NCBI GenBank assembly: GCA_013265495.1
Contig: MU058463.1
Coordinates: 930,001 to 994,000, forward strand
DNA length: 64,000 nt
Direction of reading: 5' to 3'
Source: Vicugna vicugna
Taxonomy: Eukaryota
In this document: piece after piece, positions 50,681 through 61,485 of the stretch
Position numbering within the stretch: position 1 is the first letter of the stretch
Layout: each line of letters begins with the position of its first letter
Program-made: the position numbers and the translations under genes
The notes under the pieces: generated by a model
Database searches by the model: none
Seen by the model: the letters and a program-made list of their open reading frames with translations, nothing else
What the model was told of the DNA's origin: nothing

Positions 50681-53600
50681 TTACTCTTCCCAAATATTTA
50701 TTTAAACTCTTCTCTTATTGTCTGTATTCTGCTGACTCTTAACTCCTCAAATTCCAACCTAAATTTCCTGGGTTTATTTTGTGCTACCACTAACTTCTGG
50801 TGTATATTTATGTGACACTGTAGTGTTATCCTCAGGAAATTGTTATTATTGGAGAATAAACTGATGAGCAGTATAGACATCATCCCCATTGTCATGAGAC
50901 CTAAAGACTAGTGGGTAAGACTTACTAATGAAATAGTTTCAAGGATTAGAAAGGATGTGAAAAAAACTGTAAGGTTCTTTGAGAGAATGTCAGATTAAAA
51001 AGATCTCCTTTAAGAAGTAGCATAACATTATAATGTATTCCATTATATTGTTGTTATATGTAAATATTTAGTACGCTTGTTTGAATCATTGTTATAGTGT
51101 ATTTTGGCATATTCTGTATTACTAGTTAAATAGATCACCTTGTCTAAGAACCATGGACTTATGGAATTGATTCAGATTGAAAAAAAAATCTGTCTCTTCT
51201 CTCTCTGATATAGATATGGATAGATACGGGAAGATATGAATAAACACAGTTGCCAAGCCACATTATAATCAATTACCTGTTTTATTCACCAGTTTTTCTG
51301 GAAAAAGTGATTAGTATTGAACAAATGAGATATTTTATTAATTTTAAAATGTGATTTTTTTGTTTACATAAAAGCTATTTATTGGATGTTTCAGTGTGCT
51401 TTGCACTTTGTTATAGTCTGCAAAGATGTACTAGGCATGGTGCCTTTCAGAAGAAAACTTCATCTTATTTTGAGTACATTGTTACGCAGTAAAAAATATC
51501 TTACATTTTAAACTCATCATATAATCTGTCTTCACTTGCAATAATATGATTTGCTGCTACATCTATTTTACTCACATTATTGTATCCAAAATTTCAGTTA
51601 TAAAATTTGCACATAAAGCTCAACAGATGGAGTCCTTAAGTTTCATCCAGCAAACAATAATCTACCATGAGTGCTTATGAGTTCTATTCTAACACATTGC
51701 ACAGATTTAATTCCAGTTTCAGTACATCTTTTCCTAAGTGAAAGAGCCCTTTTAAATTTGATGTTTTGTTCATTTTTGAAATTAAGAATATAATAGTTTG
51801 AAAATGGTTGTCAGTCCTTTTAAAGTTAAAAAAAACTTGTTTTATTCTTTTTCAAAATTTATAGGATATGTATTTACTATTATATAGAAATTTTAAAAAG
51901 AGAAAGAAGTGACTTAAAAGCTCGCTGAAAAATTTTCAGTTTAGTGCTTTACATTAGTGTTTTTCCAAATGAAAAATAATTTTGCTTGACTTGGCAAAAT
52001 AATCTTTGTATTAAATGTTTATGTCTAAAACTCAAAAGCAAATTTCCATTATCTTTCAGTGCCTCTGGATATTATAATTGTATTTGCATTTCTACTTTAG
52101 ATTTTATGAATATATTTTCTGCCTAATGACATCATTGCACCGGTTGGCTTAATTCAATGTAACATAATCAAGCAGTCATTCAGAATCACAACAACTGTGG
52201 GTAAATTGATATATTTTTTCCTTATACATGTAATGTATTGAGGAAAGTTGGATTTTTAATTCCTTAACACTCAATAAACTGTATGTGGCATCCACAGACT
52301 CCGTTTTCTCATAATCAATTTTCAGTCTTCCAGGACAGATTATCCTTAGATATTGAAAACAAAGGGCATATATCCTTCAATCTTTATTCAAAAAAGTAAT
52401 TTGACTAATTAGGTAAGAATAAAAGTATTATGGAAGAAGAAAGTACAAATTATGTTGAAACTACATATTTAATGTTAGAATAACAGTATTGATATAAAAT
52501 TATTTACTATAAATGGTTGCATTCTTCTCTTTCTTAAAATTCAGACCAGGGCAGAAAAATTCTTTTGAAGGTTGAGAATGAGTTTTCTAATTATTCCTCT
52601 TTATCAATGATTCCCTAACAAGTCCTGGTAATTCACCTCAGTAACACCTCTCTTGCTTTCCCTTTGCTTGCCAAATGCAAGTGCAGTGACAAAACGATGA
52701 AAACTATCTAGCCACTAAATATATTTCTTTGCCAAGCCTGTTTGACAGTGGTTACCAAAATTTATCATTGGTCAATTTTAAGATAAACAGCCTGTCTCCA
52801 TAGCGTAAAGAAAGGGAGAAAGAATCAGTGATATGAAATGAGTAGAAGAAAGGCAGTTAATGTGTAAGAACAACAAAAAAAGAAGGAATGAGTACATATT
52901 TATTTTCTCTTCTCATTTGATCCACCGTTAAATGCTGATTTTTGTTCTTGTATTCAGTCCTAGAGAAAACATACCACTATACTTCTGTAGGGGGGAAAAA
53001 CCCTCTATTTTTAGTTTAGAAGACAAATTGTGTGTGTGTATGATGTATATACAAAGTATGTATGTGTATCCTTGTTTGTTCTTTTTAAAAAATATTTACT
53101 ACCCTGTAGTTTTATTTCTTGTGCGATATCATATAATTTTATACTTTCGTGAATTTTTTAAAATTATGCTTGTTTGTGCTCAAGCTGCTCCATTATGTCT
53201 TTTTTTCCATGTCTTCTGCTGTGAAATGAATTGATATTTTAAAGGTCACAAGGAACCTACAATTATTGGTATGTATGCTGATTCAAAGCAGAAAAAAATG
53301 CTAAGATAATTCTGTGGTGGCTGAAGACATTTATTGACTCCTCTCTAATAGGCTAGTAGGAAAGAATATGTTATTGAATCTGTTTAAGATGAGCTCCTTT
53401 TATTTATTTGATGAATAGCTTCCAAATTATCAGCAAAACATGTGATATTCTGATTATTTTATGTTTTCTTTAATATAATGAAATGTCATAGGTAAACATA
53501 AAAAGCAATCTTTGGATATATAAAATATACCAGTAAGAATTGTCTGTGGCAGTGGATATTTATGCAGATGCTATGTTAAAAAAATTCATTGCAGCTTTTT

Positions 53601-55339
53601 ATTTTTCTTAATCTAAATTTTTCTTTATTTACTTGCATTCCTAAGGAATGCAGGGGTTCCATAATCAGGCACCAGGGTTGCATTAGAAAAAATATGAGGA
53701 TAAATACAGATCTTCTGCTCTCAGAATGTGCATGGGCATATACACAGATAAAAGATGCTCGTAATTTCAAAGACTTTACAGAACCTCTGAAAAATCACAC
53801 AGGATCCTGGTCCTCCAACTATAAATAGAGGCTGTTTTTCAAAAACTATCATTAAATCAAGCCTTAAAATAGATCTGTTCTTCTTTGTCTTTTGTAATGC
53901 TTACTCTTATGTACCTTCTGTTAATGATAAATAATATGCATTTTATCAGTCGTAGTAATCAACTAGTTTATCTTCTGACTTGTCAGAAATATGACCATTT
54001 GAAAGGCATTTGTATAATAACTTCCTTTAAAGTTATATTTCAGTTCCTATTTATTTTCTCCATTGGGAAAAGTAGATATCCTCCTAGTGATCTGTAATTC
54101 ACGTTTACCTTTAGAGCAAATTATCAGTGGAACTGGAATGATTTAGATATACAAAGGAGCAAAGCAAGGGGAAACTACCTTTACTGTTGAATTTTACTCT
54201 CCTGGTGACTCAGCAACAATTGAACAACGTTCTCCCAATCACGTTTAAATGCAATCACTTCATGATGAAGTAAGTTATATATACTCTGTTACATCTCCTT
54301 AATTTTTCCCCTCATGTTTGTATTAGTGAGCTTAATCCACCCTGTAACAACTCCTTTTATAGTATGCCCTATGCAGTTTCAAGAAGGTACAAACATAAAA
54401 CAGTCAAATCTGTACAATGTTACAAATCAAGAGAAACAGGGGTTTGGGATTTTCAAAGATGCATGGAGTTCAGAATATGTTGACATGATGGGCAGATATC
54501 AAGATAAAATGCTCCTTCACATACATATGGTTGAAAAGTAATAAAGGAAATAATTCATCTGCCTGTGGGTTTGTCTTAACATCTGTAATTAAAATGTTGC
54601 TATACAAAGCTCAAAATGACAACTTCCTAATTTTTATTGCTTATTTAATTTTTTAAGGATGCCAAACCCCAAGGGCTAAATTCCAGTGATGTTCTCTTTT
54701 TTAGAGAAGCTGAAATAGAAGAACAATGAGGCATTGAATGTGCAAATAGCACAAGAAATAAGAAGATGAACAATTGTAAAAAAATGCATGGATGCTTTTC
54801 ACATAATATTATTTGGATTAAAATACAACAATAAAAGCGACAGTTCCAGTTACTATTATGTAACCTTTAACTCACAAACCTTGGAACTTTGTTATTCAAT
54901 CTTGCATTCAATTATTTATGTGCATTTAATGAGTACTTACTTTATATCAGGCAATGATTCAGTGTAAATCATACCAAAACATAGGTAGATACTTTTATTT
55001 CTGATTGCTATTTGTATATTGTAAACAATGAATATATTTAAAATATGAGCTTCTTATAACTTTGTCTTAGCCCAGTTCCATGCATTAATTTGTAAGAGTA
55101 TAATTCTTTTCAGTTTTTTAATGTTTACAAGGGTTTTCATGCATTACCAAATATACTCTCACCTTTTCTCTTTCTCTAATCAGACAGCCCACAATATTAT
55201 TCATTGATTTATACTTTTTAAAGTTTTTGTAGGTAATTGCCAATATTTTCTTTCATTACTTTAATTTTTTTACTTTGTTTCAGTTTTTCTTTTCCTTGTT
55301 TCTTGAAATGAAAACTTAGTTCAGTTTTCAGTATTGTGG

Positions 55340-55589
55340 TTTTTTGTTTTTGTTTTTTTGGTGAAGGGAAAGCAGTTTGCTTAGAGAGATACACACTCCA
55401 TGGACAGAGTGCAGTCTGTCTGACTCAGAAGGGAAAACGGCTTAGGGGATACACACTCCATAGGCAGAATGTGGGCCATCTCAGAAAGGTGAGAGGGAGA
55501 GAGACCGAGAGAGATGTGAGGTGTTTAGTTTAAAGTAAAAGTAGATACACACTACAGTGTGGGCTGTCTCCAAAGGTGAGAGAGACTTA
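55340..55589 (-). mobile_element. Retroposed LTR-like 3' fragment with poly(A) tail and TSD
   Basis: T-rich tail 55340-55359; flanks agtattgtggtttt (55330) / agtactgtgttttt (55590); three copies of 'gatacacact...gtg(g/c)...tct...aagg'. Confidence 0.75.
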
Positions 55590-55894
55590 AGTACTGTGTT
55601 TTTAATATATAGTTTAAGGTTATACATAGTCCTCTAAATTAACACTTAGTTTGCATCTCAGGGGGCTTGAAATTTATGTTATTGTCAATAGGTACATATA
55701 TTTCATAACTTACTTTAGCTCATCAATACTTGAAAGGCACGACTTTTTCCATACCTTTTTTTTTTAGTGTGCAACTCAGTATTGCTATAAAGCAGGAGAA
55801 ATGAATAAACTATAGGTATATGTGTAGAGATGGATGAATCTGAAAATTTATGTGGAATCAAAAGGCAAGTCCATTAGAATACCACTAATATTAG

Positions 55895-56200
55895 TTAGCT
55901 AATTATTAGTTATGCCCCTGTAATAGACTCAAGATTTTAATGGCTTAAACTATATATATAAAAGTTTATTTCTCTCTCGCTGCTAATGCAGAGAGAGAAG
56001 TTGCACTTTAAGGTTACACTTTTATGTTTTATGTAACCATATAGTTCTAAATTCTAACTAGAGAAGAGCAAAAAAGAGGGAACAGAGACAAGCAATTTTC
56101 TCTTAAGCATTGTTGTAGGTTACACATAACAATCCAGTCACATTCTCTGGTTAGGAGTGGTCACCAGTAGCTGTCATGGAGTCACAAATGCAGTCTCTAA
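55895..56200 (-). mobile_element. Old MaLR LTR fragment
   Basis: 'ttagttatgcccctgtaatagactcaagattttaatggcttaaac...aaagtttatttctctctc' and 'cagtcacattctctggttaggagtggtcac'. Confidence 0.55.
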
Positions 56201-56251
56201 AATTGATTTGTCTCAGTAAGGTGCAGTGTGTGTGTGCTATGGTGGTAGGGG

Positions 56252-56560
56252 ATTCACCTCAGTGTTCATAGCAGCACTATTTACAAGAACCAAGACAGGG
56301 AAACAACCTGAATATCTTTCTACAGATGACTGGATAAAGAAGTTGTGGTACGTGTATGCAATGGAATACTACTCAGCCATAAAAAGTGATTAAAATAATG
56401 CCATTTGTGGCAACATGGATGGACCTGGAGATTGTCATACTAAGTGAAGTAAGCTAGAAAGAGAAGGAAAAGTACCATACGATATCATTTTTATGTGGAA
56501 TCTAAAAAAAAATGACTAATTCATAGAACAGAAACAGACTCATGTATATGATAAAACTAT
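56252..56560 (+). mobile_element. L1 ORF2 end/3'UTR start fragment (younger lineage)
   Basis: 'gtgttcatagcagcactatttacaa...gactggataaagaagttgtggtac...atggaatactactcagccataaaa...gcaacatggatggacctggagattgtcatactaagtgaagtaag'. Confidence 0.92.
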
Positions 56561-57667
56561 GATGAGTAGCAATAGCATGACGACTAGGAGAGCCATTACC
56601 ATTATTATTAACTTATGGTTTATAGCTAGCATCTATCTACATGGTTCTGAATACAAAAAATGTAAAAGGTGTACTTACCATACCTCAATCCTAAATTTTT
56701 CCCATCTATCCAGTCATCTTTCAGTGATAATTTTTGCTTTTATATGCAAATATGTACATGGATATACAATCTGCTCTAAACTGATTTTTTAAATTTTGCT
56801 TGATGTATTTTAGAGATTATTCATAAAAGAATATCAGGATTTTTCTCATTTATTTTTACAACTGTTTGATATTTATTGTTTTGATTGATAAACTCTTTTT
56901 TTCCACCTCTAAGCATCAATTACATCTTCTGTTTAATGGGGGCAAAATGGTACGAACTTAATAAATACATACAGATGTGCTAGTTCTTTACAATGAAATC
57001 AGTGTCTACCTGTTAGTAAAAATATCCCATATGTGTTAGTTATTAGTATTATTACTATATCAAGGTTTGAAGATTTGTATTTTGATATACACTCTTAAAT
57101 CCTTATGCATCCTGTCATGTTACTGTATGTAAACGTGCCCATTCTACAAATGCAAGCCAATAAATTTTATTTCCTTTTTTCATTCATTCAGCAAATATTT
57201 ATTTAGGCAATTTTATTTTATATTTCCATATAATGGGGGAGATTTTTTATTTCAGAATATATTGAGTTTACATATTTTTTTTTTTACTATAAGTGAGGAT
57301 AAATATAGGTTCTAGTAAAAGAATGACTTCTATATTTTTACCTTTTTTTCTTTTTAATTTCAATGATTAATTTTCTTTCCAAGTATTCTGATGGGATCTT
57401 ATCTGAATTTATTAGTGGTCCTCTAGCATCATCCATATGGTGTTATTTTACCTCTTCTGTAGCTGCTACAAGGTGCTGCAACCAAGACTTTTGGTGCGTT
57501 TCTACATGAAAGGATTTTGTTGCTAGATTCTTGAAGCAAATAAGAAATTACCTGAGTGGGAAGAGATACCAAATTACTAGTCTGAATATATACAAATAGA
57601 TACAAATATTTAATAAATGTGATAAATATTATTTATATTTTATAATTAGAATGTTTCTAATTTACAT

Positions 57668-60365
57668 GGTTTTAATTGAGATATAATTGAATATTAATTT
57701 CAAATGTACAACATAATTTGATATTTGTACATATTGAAAAATGTCTTCTTTGGAAAAATACTTATTCAGATCCTCTGCCTGTGTTTTAATCAGATTGTGG
57801 GTATTTCTGCTGTTGAGTTGTATGGTTCCTTGTATATTTTGAGCATTAACCCCTTGTCAGATATGATTTGCAAATATTTTGTTCCCATTCAGTAGATTGC
57901 CATTCTGTTTTATTGATTTGTTTTTAACTGTGCATATGGTTTTTAGTTTGCTGTAGCTCCATTTGTTTATGTTTTTATTGCCTTTGATTTTGGTTTCAAA
58001 TCCAAAAACTCATCACCAAGATCATTGTCAAAGAGCTTACTTCCCATGTTTTTTTTTTTTTTGAAATTTTATAGTTTCAGTGCTTTTAAGTCTTTGATTC
58101 ATTCTGAGTTAGTTTTTGGGTATGGTGTTTGACAGTGATCCAGTTTCATTCTTCTGCATGTGCCTGTTCAGTTTTTTCAAAACCATTCATTGGCAAGACT
58201 GTCCTTTTCCTACTGTATATCTTTGGCTTTGTTGTCATAAATTAATTGGCCATATATGCATGAATTAATTTCTGGGCACTGTACTCTGTTCCATTATCTA
58301 TGTGTCTGTTTTTAATGACAATATACTGCTTTCATTATTACAGTTTTGTAATATAGTTTGAAATCATGGCAAGTGATGCCTCTGGCTTTGTTGGTTTTTT
58401 TTCCTCAAGATTGCTTTGGTTATTTGAGATCTTTTGTGGTTCCATACAAATTTTTGGATTGTTCTACTTCTGGGGAAAATGCCATAGGAATTTTTATAGT
58501 AATTGCATTGAATTTATACATTGCTTTGGACACTATGGACATTTTAACAGTATCAGTTCTTCCAGTCCATGAAGATAGAGTAACTTCATATTAGTTTGTG
58601 TTCTCTTCCAATTCTAAATATGTTTTTAGTATAAAAGTTTTATGCCTCCTTGGTTAAATTTATTTCTGGTTATTTTAGTATTTTTAATGCATTTGTAAAT
58701 TTTATTGTTAATTTCTGACAGTTTGTCATCAGTGTGTAGAAATGCCCAGTTTTTTGCATATTCATTTCATATCCTACAACTTTACAAAATTCATTAATTC
58801 TAACAGTGTTTTTGGTGGAGTCTTTATGGTTTCTAAATATAATACCCTGTCATCTGCAGTGACAGTTTTACTTCTTCCTTTCCAGTTTGGATGCCTTTTG
58901 TTTCATTTTCTTGCCTGATTGCTCTGGCCAGAACTTCCAATACTATGTTGTATAAAAGTGGTGAGAGTGATCATCCTTGGCTTGTTACTGATTATAGAGG
59001 AAAACTTTTCACTCTTGAATATGATGTTAGGTGTGGGCTTGTCATAGATGGCCTTTATAATGTTGAGAGGTACATTCCCTCTATTCCCACTTTGTTAAGC
59101 ATTTTTATCATGAATGGATGTTGAATTTTGTCAAATGCTTTTTCTGCATCTATTGAAATAATCATATGGTTTTTAGTCTTCATTTTGTTAATGTGATGTG
59201 TCAAATTGATTTTTAGGTGTTGAACAATTCTTGTATCCCTGGAATAAATCCCACTTGATAATGATAAATGATGCTTCTAAATTATCTGAATTCATTTGCT
59301 AGTATTTTGCTGGGAATTTTTGCATCAATTTTTTATCAGGGATATTGGCTTGTAATTTTCTTTTCTTGTGTTGTCCATTTCAGGTTTTTGTGTCAGGGTA
59401 ATGCTGGCCTCATAAAATGATTTTGGAAGTGTTACCTTGTCTTCCATTTTTTGAACGAGTTTAAGAAGGATTGGTCTTCTCTGAATGTTTGGTAGAATTC
59501 ACCAGTAAAGGAATCTGATCCTAGAATTCTATTTGTTTTAAGTGCTGATTCAATCTCTAGTAAAGATTCAATTACTAGTAATTCTAGTACTGATTCATTT
59601 ATTAGTAATCAGTCTATAAATCAGTTCATATTTTCTATGTTATCATGATTCAGTCTTGGTAGACGGTATATTTCTAGGAATTTATCCATTTCTTTTAGGT
59701 TGACCAATTTGTTGCCAAGTAATTACTCATTTTAGTCTCTTATGATTCTTTGTATTACTCTGATATCAGTTGTAATATATACTTTTTAGTTTTTTTAGAT
59801 TTTGTTTATTGGAGTCTTCTCTCTTTTTGTCTTGGTGAAGTTTTGGTGTGTTGGTTATATTTCCATTTTCTTTTGTCTCAAGGTATTTTTTTAGCTTCTT
59901 TTTGTTTGTCTCTACCTCTTGGTTGTTCAGAGCATGTTGTTTAATCTTCATATATTTGTGAATTTTCCAGTTTTTATTGTAACAGATTTCTAGTTTCAAA
60001 TTATTGTTGGCAGAAAACATGCTTGACATAATTTCAATCTTCTGGATTTGTTAAGACTTATTTTATGGCCTAACATTTGATCTATTCTAGAAAATGTTCC
60101 ATGTGCCCTTGAGAGGAAAGTGAACTCTGTTGCTTTTGGATGGAATGTTCTGTATGTGTCAAGTCCATCTTGTCTAATAAGTTATTTAAAGCCAGTATTT
60201 AATTACTGATATTCTGTGTGGATGATCTATCCATTCAGGAAAGTGGAGTATTAAACTTGTCTACTGTTACTGTATTGCTGTCTACTTTCCTTTTAGGTCT
60301 GTTAATATTTGAGTTATATATTTAAATACTCCTATGTTGGATGCAGAAATAAATATCTTCCTTTT
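57668..60365 (-). mobile_element. L1 (L1MA/L1MB-type) covering much of ORF2, with internal deletions
   Basis: Reverse-complemented ORF2 throughout ('tgtcatctgcagtgacagttttacttcttcc' = ADD motif; 'gctctggccagaacttccaatactatgttg'); ORF 59766-60029(-) 'SMFSANNNLKLEI' resembles the endonuclease SDHN motif; many stops and frameshifts. Confidence 0.95.
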
Positions 60366-61389
60366 GGATTAAAACGATTTCTTAAATTTCCCTAATTGCA
60401 ATGGCTTGGCAATTAGCTCATGTTAGGTAAAAACTATGTAATTTATCAAACTCATATTTAGAAGGTTTGCTTTATATTTCAGAATAATGTAACATCTAGG
60501 AAGGTTAGATAAAGAATCCAGTTTACGGGTTTAACTGAATCTCTTAAGCATCGTAGTCATCATGTGAAGAAAGTCTAGGCACACTAGTGTTTAATGCTAC
60601 AGTTTTATTTGTTTTTCCATGACTGTGAGCTTTGAATATTTGGAATATTAGGTACCAAGATGTTTTGTGGCAGTTGTTTTGGAAGCTGTTCTTCTTTTTT
60701 TTTTCTTTCTTTAGTGGCAATAAAGAATAATATTTGAAAGTTCAACTGTTTGCATTACATAATTGATTTTCATGACTTAATATAATTCCTTCTGAGGATA
60801 TACATTTTTCCATTTTATTTACCATCATTATTCAGTTTGGTCCAAGCTTTATAAATCAAATAATGTCAGGATATAGGATATGATATGAACATGTCTTCTT
60901 TCCAAGTATATTCATAAAGAGAAAGTTTTGATGCTTTTCTCTTTTGATTTGTTTACTTCTAAGTTATAAGAGTGTGCTCACAGCAGCATTTCTCAGGAGC
61001 CCGAGGAGCTTAAAGTTGGAGGTACTCTGCTCTGGTCTCTGCTGTCAAGAAAGTGCATGGTGAGGTTTGTTTTGGTGTTGTTAATGTTCACTGTCCTTCT
61101 GATCTTTGTCAGTACCTCTGTGTGTCAGTGGCTCCAAATTGTGAAAGACAGCCAGAATATAAAGAAGGTGCTGACTCTATTCTTGTCACTGCTTTTTTCA
61201 TATATTTGATTTTTTATTTTTGGAAAAGTTTGTCTGGTTCTGTGATGGCTTATCCTGTGAGAATAGATCCATAGGGTCTACACTTCATCAGCCTACTCCA
61301 CTTCATAATCTGATTTTCTTGAATTTTCCAAAATACCTGGGAAATTTAGCATTATGCTTTCAAAATAACTCTGAAATTGTAGCTGTAAA

Positions 61390-61485
61390 TTTTCTTCTTC
61401 CTTCATTCCTTCCTTGCTTCCCTCCCTCCTTCCATCTGTTCTTTCTTTGATTCTTTCTTTTTCTCTTTGTTCCTGCCTTCCTTCA
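61390..61485. repeat. Degenerate (TTCC)n/pyrimidine-rich low-complexity tract
   Basis: 'cttcttccttcattccttccttgcttccctccctccttccatc...' read directly. Confidence 0.8.

Noticed and set aside
55388..55585. Three spaced repeats as a CRISPR-like array
   Set aside because: Units are degenerate and unevenly spaced, there are no cas genes, the context is mammalian, and an LTR-derived insert explains them better.
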